Source: Phallusia mammillata (lineage: Eukaryota). Taken from it: 64,000 nucleotides of DNA. The translations under genes and the position numbers were made by a program. Location: assembly GCA_965637545.1 (NCBI GenBank), contig OZ281501.1, positions 11,470,001 to 11,534,000 of the forward strand, given 5' to 3'. Of this stretch, positions 25,841-36,609 are shown in pieces. Below the pieces are notes generated by a model. It did not search any database and was not told where the DNA came from. It saw only the letters and a program-made list of their open reading frames with translations. The stretch's first letter is position 1, and each line of letters starts with the position of its first letter.

Positions 25841-25878
25841 TGGGCTAATTAATTGACCAGTGGGCTAATTAATTGACC
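25841..25878. repeat. Duplicated 18-bp motif TGGGCTAATTAATTGACC (20-bp period)
   Basis: Identical copies at 25841-25858 and 25861-25878. Confidence 0.8.
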
Positions 25879-27473
25879 CGAAAATTAATGTTTCCTCTAA
25901 GGCGCACATGGGCCATTACCACGCGGCATTTGCGTTGTGGAATCTGGATGTTGAGCACTAATTGCAACATTGTCATTATAAAACCGAAAAACACTTTGTC
26001 AGTTTTTTTTACATGATCCTAGTATTAAATGTTTACAGAAATGTGTCCACTTTTTGGGCGACTTAATATGAGAGATTTCTTGACAGATTGACGTATACGT
26101 GGGATTATGTTAAAAGTTACTAGGGACGTAGGCTACATAAAATGTTTCCTGCAAATTTTTTGCGTAACCCACACAAAACGGTGCCATCGTCCCGCGGCAA
26201 TATTGGCAACAACTTTGTGTGACAACAAGACACCATTATCTAGGCAGGGATCTGCACACACTTTTCGGTGCGAACCAGAAATATACCTGTTGTGTTCAAT
26301 ATAGTTTTTTGTGTGAAAATAAGGAGCTTTATGTTATGACACCACATATCATACTTAGTTTAATAAAACACTCTAATCGCTAAAAGCTACTATTTTCTTG
26401 CCAAAAGGAATTTATGATTTGCTTTACTAGCGGTTTTATGTGTTCAACCTTGTTAAATAGCAAATCAACCTTTGGATTTATGACCTCTGATTTTCATGCT
26501 TGCCAAAACCAAATATTGACTCTGTGTGACATTTTGTTGGAAACCGTACCGAACTATCATGGTTTTATTACCGAAACGAACGCTCTTTTTCAATGCAATG
26601 CATAAGAAGAGCCATAGCAATGTTTTTTAAACAGTTTAACACGTTAGTTTTTCATTTAACATTTCTGGTAAATATGATATTTTCCAGATTGCAGTTCGTT
26701 TTACCTTCTAAAAAACAGTAATACTTTAACTTATGATTTTGTCCAAATGTATTGTGTACCAATGTGTGGGAATTGAACTCTTGGGTCCAAGGTATTGAAC
26801 TATTTGGTTCAAGGCAAGAACGTTACTAATATCTATGGTACCAGATCCATCTACAGAGACAGAAACTTCTAAACTTGCTTGGTAATTTTGAAAGTCTGGC
26901 TCTATGGCGCTTCCTGTCGGAGAAATGTTTTTTACAGCAAAGATTCGCATAACGGTCAATATGATGTGTTTTTTTTATCCGTACATTGAAGTCCAATTTA
27001 GTGTTTATTCTGACAAACATTATTACAAGCTTAAATTTTGTGTTTACCATCCTGAGGTGTTTTCCTCGCTTTTTTGACTTGATGCAAAGCATGCTGCTTA
27101 AGTTTTTTGACTTCCTTTTTTGACTTGATGCAAAGCGTGCTACTCAGTTTGTCGTAAAGGTCTAAGTTCCGTATAAACCCATCAGAACTAATCTGACAAA
27201 ATACTAGTTTGTGTGTGTGCTTACTGGAATACACCGCAACTTTAGAATCTATTGATGAGCGTGTAGCGACCCCTGTCGCTTATTTGTTTCTTACGAAGCG
27301 TTACGTTTGCCTTTTTCCTATTGTGCGTGTATTTTGCCTTTTTCGTTTGGTGCGCACGTTTGCTATGCGTTTGGTTTGACGCGTCATTCTATTATTTGCG
27401 ATTGAAATAAACGGACACTACATTTGGTGACCCCAAATCCAGAAACGACTTTTCTGGAGTTCATTAAATAAGC

Positions 27474-28157
27474 ATGTCAACCGACGGAGACACCCAGCAT
27501 GCTGTTGCGATCAAACTTCCGACTTTCTGGTCAGCAGAACCACGTGTTTGGTTCCAACAAATTGAGGCACAATTTGCATTAAAACACATAGTTGCAGACC
27601 AAACAAAGTTTTATTATGTAGTGTCCGCACTTGATCAAGATACAGCAAAGCGTATAATCGATTTATTGGAAGATCCTCCAGCAGAAAACAAGTTCGCATC
27701 AATTAAACAAAGACTGCTGGATTATTTTGATTTATCAAATCAAGAAAGAGCAGCACGCCTGCTGAACATTGCACCTCTCGGTGACAGAAAACCTTCTGAA
27801 CTTATGGACGAAATGCTAGCCCTAATGGGAAAACACCAGTCTTGCTTTCTATTCCAACATTTGTTTTTACAACATATGCCGGAAGATATTCGTATTGTCC
27901 TCGTTCAAAAAGATTTGGAAAACCCTCGCGATTTGGCAAAACAGGCGGATAGGTTATGGCTTGCTCGGACGAGCAACACAGACTACACCATTGCCAAATT
28001 AAGAAAGCAGAGGCAAGCTAAATCTACAACACTTTTCAACAGCAACGACAGTAGTCAATATTGTTTTTACCACCGGCGTTTCAAACAAGATGCACGACAA
28101 TGTCGTCCACCATGTGCTGCACAACAGGGAAACGCCAAGGCCGGTTGTCCACAATGA
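27474..28157 (+). CDS. gag: Gypsy Gag, 227 aa, with CHCC-type motif
   Basis: [22 protein letters not shown]-terminus; C-x2-H-x9-C-x3-C ([18 protein letters not shown]). Confidence 0.93.
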   Translation: MSTDGDTQHAVAIKLPTFWSAEPRVWFQQIEAQFALKHIVADQTKFYYVVSALDQDTAKRIIDLLEDPPAENKFASIKQRLLDYFDLSNQERAARLLNIAPLGDRKPSELMDEMLALMGKHQSCFLFQHLFLQHMPEDIRIVLVQKDLENPRDLAKQADRLWLARTSNTDYTIAKLRKQRQAKSTTLFNSNDSSQYCFYHRRFKQDARQCRPPCAAQQGNAKAGCPQ

Positions 28158-31100
28158 ATGGGACAACCGGCAAATCACACAACTTATTTTTCGTGTGGGA
28201 TCGAGCCTCTGGTTGCAACTTTCTCGTGGACACTGGTGCTGAAATCAGTGTCTTTCCGCCTTCTGGCTATGAAAGGAGAATGAACCACAAGGGACAAAAT
28301 CTCACAGCAGCTAACGGCAGCAATATAACAACCTACGGTTCCAAGTTAATTTCTCTTGATATTCCTTCCGGCGAGTTTCAATGGAAGTTTGTGCTCGCCG
28401 ACGTATCAAGGCCACTACTTGGAGCAGATTTCCTTCGAGCGCACGGTTTACTTGTTGATGTTAAACGGCAATGTCTGGTGCATGCTCAGTCGTTAACTAG
28501 CATGACCATAGGCAAGACAAACCGAGCGGCACCTCGCCTAAACGCAATTAGCAACGCACAATCAAGTTATGCCAAACTTTTGGCAAAGTTTCCGGACATA
28601 ACAACGCCACATTTTTCTGCAGTAATGCCAAAACATGGTGTGGAACATCACATTCCCACAAGCGGCCTACCAGTGCACTCTCGGGCAAGACGACTTCCAC
28701 CCGAAAAACTAGCCATTGCAAAGGCAGAATTTAGTAAAATGATGGAGCTGGGAATAGTCCGCCGTTCATCCAGTCCATGGTCGTCTCCACTTCATATGGT
28801 TCCCAAAACATCAGGTGGATGGCGCCCCTGTGGCGATTACAGGCGCCTTAATGCAGCAACACAACCAGACCGTTACTCGATCCCACATATCCAGGATTTT
28901 ACAACACGACTGGCAGGGGCTAAGATTTTTTCTAAAATCGATCTGGTTCGAGGATATCACCAGGTACCCGTTGCGCCAGCAGACATTTCCAAAACGGCTG
29001 TCGTAACACCGTTTGGGCTTTTTGAGTTTCTGCGTATGCCCTTTGGACTTAAAAATGCAGCTCAAGCGTTTCAAAGAATGATGGATACAGTTTGTCAGTC
29101 TTTAAAATTTGTGTTTGTTTACCTTGATGACATATTGGTTGCAAGTAAGTCGGCTAACGAACATCGCAATCATCTTCAGCAGCTTTTTAAACAATTAGCT
29201 GACCATGAACTTGTCATTAATCTGGCCAAATGTAAGTTTGGATTGACGGAAATCGATTTTCTCGGCCATCGCGTGGATAGATTTGGTGCCAGACCCTTAC
29301 CTGACAAAGTCAAGGCAATTCAAAGCTTTCCCAAACCTACCACTATTAAAGGCCTACAAGAATTTGCTGGCATGATAAATTTTTATCACAGATTTCTTCC
29401 TGGTGCAGCGCAAATCATGATGCCATTGTATGAAGCACTTTCGGGCAAACCAAAACACCTGGTTTGGAACAACACAATGCTTGCAGCATTTACCAAGGCT
29501 AAAAAGGCACTTGCTGCAGCAACGCTACTTCACCACCCTATACCTCAGGCACAAACCGCCCTGACGGTCGACGCGTCACAGTCAGCTGTTGGTGCTGTGC
29601 TTGAGCAAAACATTGGAGGTTGCTGGAGGCCATTAGCATTTTTCAGCAGGCATCTCAGACCATCAGAAACAAAGTACAGCGCGTTCGACAGAGAGTTACT
29701 GGCTTTGCATTTGGCAATCCGCCATTTTCGATACTTTCTTGAAGGGCGCAGTTTTGCTGCTTTTACTGACCACAAACCGTTAACGTTTGCGTTTGCAAAA
29801 GTGTCTGATCCATGGTCAGCGCGCCAACAACGCCACCTTACAGCAATATCCGAATTCACCACTGATGTTCGACACATCCAAGGGAAACATAATCAAGTAG
29901 CTGACGCATTGTCCCGGATAACTGTCTCAAGTCTACAAAAGGTGATGTTGGATTTCGATTACAAAGCTATAGCGAATGCGCAACTTCATAAAGAAGTGCA
30001 ATCATATCGTACAGCAGTTACAAACCTAAAGCTTGAGGACATAACTATTGGCAACTCTGGTTTAACACTGTTGTGTGACACTTCCACTGGCACTCCGCGA
30101 CCGATCATACCGCTTTCGCGGCAAAAGAAAGTATTCGACATTATTCACTGTTTGTCACATCCGTCAATACGCACGACGCGCAAGCTAATAGCTTCAAAAT
30201 TTGTGTGGCACGGGCTCAAACAGCAAGTAGGATTATGGGTTAAACAGTGTACAGCTTGCCAGAAATCAAAGATCCACACACACGTTCGATCAACTCTGGT
30301 GGATTACTCATTACCTCGTTCCCGTTTTGAACATGTTAACATTGACATTGTTGGCCCTTTACCACCGTCACAGGGCAAAACATATCTGCTGACAATAGTA
30401 GATAGGTTTACAAGGTGGCCAGAAGCAGTTCCCATGGCGGATTCCTTAACTCTAACTTGTGCCAGAGCTTTCCTTTCGGTCTGGATTTCACGGTTTGGAA
30501 TTCCAGCGCACCTATCTTCTGATCGTGGTCCGCAGTTCACGTCCCAGTTATGGTCAACGATAAGCCAACTGCTTGGAATACAACTTCATCTCACCACCAG
30601 CTTTCACCCTCAATCAAACGGATTAGTTGAACGATTTCATCGGCACTTAAAGAGTGCTTTGATGGCTCGCCTTTCTGGACCAAACTGGATTGACGAATTA
30701 CCTTGGGTTATGTTAGGCATTCGAACTGCCCCCAAGGATGATTTACAGACATCTTCAGCAGAGCTCGTATATGGCTCTCCAATCGCAGTGCCAGGAGATT
30801 TCATCTGTCGTGATGAATCAGCTCCCTCACAAATTTTACCTGCTCTACGGGATGCAGTCGACAAACTTCTACCAACTCCTATGTCCAGACACGGCAATGT
30901 CAAAACAGCAATACCACCAAGTCTGGCGGCTAGTGACTATGTGTTCATTCGGAGAGACACACATCGTCCACCACTGACAAAGCCATATGACGGACCATTT
31001 AAAGTGGTAGCGCGATCCAACAAAACTTTTACATTAAACATGGGAGGTAAAGAGAAGGTGGTATCGATTGACCGCCTTAAACCTGCACATCTTGACCTGA

Positions 31101-31159
31101 GTCAGCCAGTTGTTGTTGAGCAACCTCCTCGCCGCGGCAGACCACCCAAAAAAACATAG
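28061..31159 (+). CDS. pol: Gypsy Pol (protease-RT-RNase H-integrase) in the -1 frame relative to gag
   Basis: FLVDTGA protease; YLDD RT; TVDAS...DRELLA RNase H; HHCC zinc finger; D,D35E integrase (IDIVG, SDRG, NGLVERF); PYDGPF module; C-terminal RRGRPP. Confidence 0.96.
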   Translation: MFLPPAFQTRCTTMSSTMCCTTGKRQGRLSTMNGTTGKSHNLFFVWDRASGCNFLVDTGAEISVFPPSGYERRMNHKGQNLTAANGSNITTYGSKLISLDIPSGEFQWKFVLADVSRPLLGADFLRAHGLLVDVKRQCLVHAQSLTSMTIGKTNRAAPRLNAISNAQSSYAKLLAKFPDITTPHFSAVMPKHGVEHHIPTSGLPVHSRARRLPPEKLAIAKAEFSKMMELGIVRRSSSPWSSPLHMVPKTSGGWRPCGDYRRLNAATQPDRYSIPHIQDFTTRLAGAKIFSKIDLVRGYHQVPVAPADISKTAVVTPFGLFEFLRMPFGLKNAAQAFQRMMDTVCQSLKFVFVYLDDILVASKSANEHRNHLQQLFKQLADHELVINLAKCKFGLTEIDFLGHRVDRFGARPLPDKVKAIQSFPKPTTIKGLQEFAGMINFYHRFLPGAAQIMMPLYEALSGKPKHLVWNNTMLAAFTKAKKALAAATLLHHPIPQAQTALTVDASQSAVGAVLEQNIGGCWRPLAFFSRHLRPSETKYSAFDRELLALHLAIRHFRYFLEGRSFAAFTDHKPLTFAFAKVSDPWSARQQRHLTAISEFTTDVRHIQGKHNQVADALSRITVSSLQKVMLDFDYKAIANAQLHKEVQSYRTAVTNLKLEDITIGNSGLTLLCDTSTGTPRPIIPLSRQKKVFDIIHCLSHPSIRTTRKLIASKFVWHGLKQQVGLWVKQCTACQKSKIHTHVRSTLVDYSLPRSRFEHVNIDIVGPLPPSQGKTYLLTIVDRFTRWPEAVPMADSLTLTCARAFLSVWISRFGIPAHLSSDRGPQFTSQLWSTISQLLGIQLHLTTSFHPQSNGLVERFHRHLKSALMARLSGPNWIDELPWVMLGIRTAPKDDLQTSSAELVYGSPIAVPGDFICRDESAPSQILPALRDAVDKLLPTPMSRHGNVKTAIPPSLAASDYVFIRRDTHRPPLTKPYDGPFKVVARSNKTFTLNMGGKEKVVSIDRLKPAHLDLSQPVVVEQPPRRGRPPKKT
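28127..28171 (+). promoter_or_regulatory. Programmed -1 ribosomal frameshift signal
   Basis: Slippery heptamer G GGA AAC (28127-28133) in the gag frame, 6-nt spacer, then an 11-bp perfect stem 28140-28150 / 28161-28171 whose 10-nt loop holds the gag stop. Confidence 0.88.
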
Positions 31160-31472
31160 CGTGCAACAAAACACAACCATTTTTTTGGACAAATACAGTG
31201 ATTTTTGTGTTTTTCTTGCGTAATGTAAAAACTTCTCGCTTCTGGAGGGGGGTTATGTAGCGACCCCTGTCGCTTATTTGTTTCTTACGAAGCGTTACGT
31301 TTGCCCTTTTCCTATTGTGCGTGTGTTTTGCCTTTTTCGTTTGGTGCGCACGTTTGCTATGCGTTTGGTTTGACGCGTCATTCTATTATTTGCGATTGAA
31401 ATAAACGGACGCTACAAGCGCTTTGATAAATGTGAATGTTGAGAGCGTTTGCCAAACAGTTAAAAGAAGAGT

Positions 31473-33134
31473 TTGGCTCCCACAGCCACCACTGCAAATG
31501 AAGGTCAAGAGCCTTTCGCTTTCGACCGAAATGTCGAGGTGGAAGCCCGCTTTAACCCTGGCCTGAAAAGACAGGAGATTTACGAAGTTTTACGGGCTAT
31601 CAGGTTCAATTTTCGAGCCGACTTGGACGGCATCATTCAACTGCCGAAGGGCCGAGTTACTTTTTATTGTAGCACGGAGGCGAAGGCCAAAGATCTAGCG
31701 GTCGCCCTGACCAACAGCCAAAGGGCGGATTACGCCACAGCCTACGCTGACAATCTAGTGAAGGTTGTCATGTCTCGCTGTCCCCCAGGGATTGATATGC
31801 GAGAAATCGTGGATTATTTGGACAGAACGTACGCTCCAGTCGAGCGTTCTTACAGAGTTAAAGACCCGATGAGCAAGTCTCTGGGGAAACGGGCTTTCTT
31901 TATGAAGAGATCCGTTCTCGCGGAAAACCCCATCCCAGAAAGCATCTTTCTAGGAAAGTGGTCAGTGTTAATGTTCTACACTGGCCAACCACGGGCTTGT
32001 GCCTATTGTCAGATCGTAGGCCATAAGAAGGAGGAATGCCCGTCGCTGCTGGAGCGTCAGGCACAGCAAACCCAAGAACAGCCTGATGTTCCAGCTGAAG
32101 CACCGGAGGAGATCGGAACAACATCCCCTCCCCAGACCTCGCGACAGGTGCTCCCTGGTCAGGTTGAGCGAGTCGGTGGTCTAGCCACGGAAACGGAGGA
32201 GATCGCAACAACATCCCCTCCCCAGACCTCGCGACAGGTGCTCCCTGGTCAGGTTGAGCGAGTCGGTGGTCTAGCCACGGAAACGGAGGAGATCGCAACA
32301 ACATCCCCTCCCCAGACCTCGCGACAGGTGCTCCCTGATCAGGTCGAGCGAGTCGGAGGTCAGAAGAAGGATACGGAGGAGATCGCAACAACATCCCCTC
32401 CCCAGACCTCGCGACAGGTGCTCCCTGATCAGGTCGAGCGAGTCGGAGGTCAGAAGAAGGATACGGAGGAGATCGCAACAACATCCCCTCCCCAGACCTC
32501 GCGACAGGTGCTCCCTGATCAGGTCGAGCGAGTCGGTGGTCAGAAGAAGAACAAGAAGGAGGAGGAGACAACAACGTCAGCCCCTTCATCGACCTCGCGA
32601 CAGGTGCTCCCTGAAAAGGTTGAGCGAGTCGGTGGTCCAACTACCAACCCCAGGAATCCGCGGTCGAAGCTCCCAAATATGGTTGAGCAAGCCGGTTCTC
32701 CTGGGCCCGCGCCAAGTGCGCCCACGACCTCAACACCCAGGATTACCCAAGGAAATGAGGAAGGGGTCGTCTCCCTTCCGGACACATCGCTTCCAGAGGA
32801 GATCATCACCCCACAGGAGGAAGGATACAAGATCGTCCGGAGGAGGAAACGACCAGCAGCGACACCGCCGAAGAACCGGACAAATTGCTGCCTTACAGCA
32901 TACGAAGGTAGAAACATGCGTTGTTTGTGCGGCACAATGCACATTAAGTGCAAATGTGGCACTTACGCCACAGAACAGAACTATAAAAGCCCATCGCAGT
33001 GTACTAATAAAAAGTGTAAAAGACTGCTAATACAATGCACTTGCGGAAATTGTTATAATTTAGCGGTCGATGAACGAATTCTCTGCTCATGCAAAGCTCG
33101 CATACCGTCAGATTTTAACGCCACCTTTTTTTAA
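31473..33134 (+). CDS. LINE ORF1 protein (zinc knuckle, 30-aa tandem repeats, Cys-rich C-terminus); begins with TTG
   Basis: 553-codon ORF with CAYCQIVGHKKEEC (CCHC), repeats at 32105-32640, and 13 Cys in the last ~80 aa. No in-frame ATG at its start. Confidence 0.8.
   Translation: MAPTATTANEGQEPFAFDRNVEVEARFNPGLKRQEIYEVLRAIRFNFRADLDGIIQLPKGRVTFYCSTEAKAKDLAVALTNSQRADYATAYADNLVKVVMSRCPPGIDMREIVDYLDRTYAPVERSYRVKDPMSKSLGKRAFFMKRSVLAENPIPESIFLGKWSVLMFYTGQPRACAYCQIVGHKKEECPSLLERQAQQTQEQPDVPAEAPEEIGTTSPPQTSRQVLPGQVERVGGLATETEEIATTSPPQTSRQVLPGQVERVGGLATETEEIATTSPPQTSRQVLPDQVERVGGQKKDTEEIATTSPPQTSRQVLPDQVERVGGQKKDTEEIATTSPPQTSRQVLPDQVERVGGQKKNKKEEETTTSAPSSTSRQVLPEKVERVGGPTTNPRNPRSKLPNMVEQAGSPGPAPSAPTTSTPRITQGNEEGVVSLPDTSLPEEIITPQEEGYKIVRRRKRPAATPPKNRTNCCLTAYEGRNMRCLCGTMHIKCKCGTYATEQNYKSPSQCTNKKCKRLLIQCTCGNCYNLAVDERILCSCKARIPSDFNATFF
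32105..32640 (+). repeat. 90-bp (30-aa) coding tandem repeat, 5 full copies plus 1 diverged
   Basis: Units start at 32105, 32195, 32285, 32375, 32465; unit EEIATTSPPQTSRQVLP(G/D)QVERVGG(LATET/QKKDT). Confidence 0.95.
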
Positions 33135-33180
33135 AAAAACTGTGTTACCTTATTGTTCCCCTTTTCATTCAAACGTTAAA

Positions 33181-36100
33181 ATGGCGCCGACCAGTTTTCT
33201 AAAAATCTGTACGCTGAATGTAAACGGCATAGGCCAGGCCTCCAAACGCCACGCCCTGTTCCGTCATCTGTCCTCTTTAAACTTTGACCTTTTTTGCCTC
33301 CAAGAAACCCACTCTACCCCCCAAACCGAATCCCTGTGGAAGTCCGAATGGACTTCCGGCCCAATCCTCTTAAACTCGGCACCGCACAAAGGCTCCGCCA
33401 GCGGCGGTGTCGCAGTTCTTCTAAACTCCTCTAGTATTTCCATTCTAAATTCTATTTCTGACTCCACCGGTCGTATTATTACGACCGACATATCTACCCG
33501 AACCCACACCATCCATATCGTAAACATTTATGCACCCTCCGGCAGTAAAAATCATCAAGCCCGCAACACCTTTTTCGACTCACTATACCCTTACATTAAT
33601 TCACCCCACCCTATCATCCTAACCGGCGACTTCAACTGTGTAGAAAACCCCTCTCTTGACAGATATCCCCCCAGCCATACCCACCCTCCTAATAAAACAC
33701 TACAGAACCTTCTAACAACCTTTCACCTCCAGGACTCTTTTCGGTTACTCCACCCCACCCTACGCCAATTCACCCGTCGAGCACCTAACACCCAATCCCG
33801 AATCGACCGCATTTACATATCTCCAGCCCTCATCCCAAAACAACACACCTTCCTCCCAACATCCCTTTCAGACCACGACCTTGTAATCCTTACCCTGAAC
33901 CTAGTCTCTGCCCCACCCAGGGGCAGAGGCACTTGGAAAAACAACGTCAACACCCTTCACGATCCTCACTTCCAAAAACACCTCCGACAACTTTACCCCG
34001 TATGGAAAACCCTTGCCCCATTCCACCCCAATCCCTTGGACTTCTGGTTGACCCTTAAAGTAAAATTCAAAAAACTTATCCAAACCCACTCAAAACGAAT
34101 TGCCCAAGAACAGCGTACCCATACCCACAACCTCCAGACCCAACTTAACACCCTTCGGCAAACCCTCAACGACGACCCTTCCTTGAAACACTACAAAACC
34201 TTCCTTGCTGTAAAAAATCCCTCGCAACTCTCCACCTCGACACCGCCCGATCCCATCTAATTAAGCTTCTGACCCCCATTTCAAACACATGGCAGACAAA
34301 ACCCTTTACTCACAACTCCTCCCCTCCAAACGACACCCCCCGATAACCGAACTGGAAAACGACCTTGGACTTCCCCTAACCACACCCAAGGAAATGCTTT
34401 CCCATACTCACCGTTTTTTCACAGACCTCTACTCGGACCAAAACAAACCTATCCCACCCCCGGACAATATCTTTTTGAAACAACCACTCAACCCCATACC
34501 GGAAGACCAAACCCAATCCCTATCCCAACCATTATCGAAAAGCGAAATAAAAAATACCATATCCCTTTTCCCAAACGGCAAAACCCCGGGTCCCGACGGT
34601 CTCAGTATCGAGTTTACTCGCTCTACTGGGACCTAATCGGGGCTGACCTCACCCAAGCCCTGGACTACGCGTACCTCAACGCCTATACCCCTTTAGATTT
34701 CAACCTTGGACACCTCACCCTAATCCACAAGAAGAACAACCCATCCCTCCTCACAAACTACCGCCCCATATCCCTCCTGAACGCCGACCTAAAAATACTA
34801 CAAAAAACCCTAAACCTCCGCATCAAACCCTTCCTTTCCCAGATAATTTCCCAAAACCAATTTGCACAACCCAATTCGACCACCTCCGACGCCACAACCC
34901 TCCTCCGCGACCTATTTCATGAAGCCACATCCCGTTCCTCTGATTCCTTTTTTGTTTCGCTCGACTTCCAAAAAGCCTTTGACTCCATTTCCTACACCTG
35001 GTTAAAATTACAACTTACCCGAAAACGTTTTCCCCCTACCTTTGTCAATTACATTCTTTCTCTGCAGACCACCGCTTACTCACACACCCTCCTCAATGGT
35101 TTTGCCACAACGGGCTTCCCGATCAGGAGAGGTGTCCGGCAAGGCGACCCGCTGAGCTTGACCCTCTTCCTGATTGCCATCGACCCATTACTCGCTGCCA
35201 TCCAAAACCACCCTTCGATATCACCTGTCCCAGCCCCTTGTCGAAACACACCAAAAGCAATCGCCTTTGCGGACGACGTCACCCTTGCGGTGGCCGGCTC
35301 CCATTCCCTAGAAACAGCCTTTCAATTAATATCCCGTTTCACCCTGATTACCGGCTTAGCCCTAAACCCCACCAAAACCCAGGCGATTGCTACCCTCTGC
35401 CCCCCAAACTCTCCAAACCTCCCCGATATCAACTGGAACCCGACTGTAATCACCCCTCTCAACATTCCCATCGGCCACCCCAAATCCATCACCGCAGCAT
35501 GGAGAAACGCCATCTGCTCCCTTAAAGAAACCTCCAAGTCCCTCAAACACCCTTTCCTCACCTACGACGCAAAGAGCATTTTAACCAAAACGCTGCTTCT
35601 CCCCAAACTCTCATACCTGGCACGAACCTACCCACTTCCACCCACGCAGCGAGAAACAGTCGATGGCATTGTGGTAGACTTCATTTCAGCCTACCCAAAT
35701 CCTCCCCTTCCAATAAAAACCCTATCCGCACGTCGTGACCTTGGTGGTTACGACGTCGCCAACATTCCCTTATACACAGACATTTTTTTTCTTGCACCCC
35801 TACGGAAATACCTCTTGCACAGAATTTTTGATACCCCGACAACACCCCAGCTTTCCCTACTCGAGTACCACGTTGGACACCCCATCTCCAGACTTTTTAA
35901 CCTCCGCACCAGAAACTACCTTCCCCACTCAAACAAACCTTCCCCCTTTTACCAGACCACTTTGTCGCTACTTGCAAAACTGAACCCAACACAATCCGAA
36001 CTGTTATCCCCAAAATCCAAACCACTCTACACTAGATTAGTCAACCCTGACCCCGACCCCACGAATCCCACCGATTGGTCCCTCATCCACCACCCAACCC

Positions 36101-36609
36101 CAACTACATTAAAAACCTTCAACTACCGACTGAAACAAAAAACCCTACCCCTACACTGTAAATTCACCATATTCTTTCTTGACAAGGACACAAACTGCTA
36201 CCTTTGCAACACCCATTTCGAAACCTACGACCACCTTTTCCACACCTGCCCCCAAATACAAAGCCTCCTCACCCTTGCAAAAAAAATCTTCACCAAAACA
36301 ACCGGAAATCCAACCACCTACTTTGACACCCCCTCCCACTATGAATTTATTAAACCCGACCACCCTTCAGCATCCGAACACACACTTATATCCCTACTGA
36401 ATTCAACCCTCTCCCATGCGATATGGAAAACCCGTAACAAAATAAAAGCCGAAACCAACTCCATCAGCCCCACACTTGACAAAGACCTAGCCCGATCCCT
36501 AATCCGCTCTTTACACTCTAAACTTTCTATCCAGCGGAACAGGCCAAACTCTATCCACTTGGAGGTCATGGCCAACGCCGTTAAAGCTATCAATTTGATA
36601 AAAATATAA
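33181..36609 (+). pseudogene. LINE ORF2 (APE endonuclease - RT - CCHC zinc finger), broken by three 1-nt deletions
   Basis: TLNVNG, LQETH, GDFN, SRIDRIY, SDH (APE); PGPDG, YRPISLLN, LDFQKAFD, RQGDPLS, FADD (RT); CYLC..HLFHTC. Frame changes near 34212-34217, 34273-34277 and 34613-34615. Confidence 0.92.

Larger units (their letters stand above)
27262..31416 (+). mobile_element. Full-length Ty3/Gypsy LTR retrotransposon (CsRn1-like lineage), 4155 bp
   Basis: 161-bp TG...CA LTRs at 27262-27422 and 31256-31416 (3 substitutions). 4-bp TSD AGCG. PBS TGGTGACCCC at 27425-27434, complementary to the tRNA-Trp 3' end. PPT GGAGGGGGG at 31244-31252. gag and pol intact. Confidence 0.97.

Noticed and set aside
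26726-26959. Polinton/adenain-like protease (THWYTI motif)
   Set aside because: One short motif only; no catalytic Cys context and no other Polinton genes or TIRs.
27262-31473. Gypsy element inserted into the LINE 5' UTR
   Set aside because: The LINE's left TSD (31454-31464) lies to the right of the 3' LTR, so the insertions are adjacent, not nested.
32105-32640. CRISPR-like array
   Set aside because: Units are contiguous coding repeats with no unique spacers, the context is eukaryotic, and there are no cas genes.
31900-33030. Antisense and alternate-frame ORFs (246, 164, 140 aa) over LINE ORF1
   Set aside because: By-products of the GC-rich 90-bp repeat, which lacks stops in several frames.
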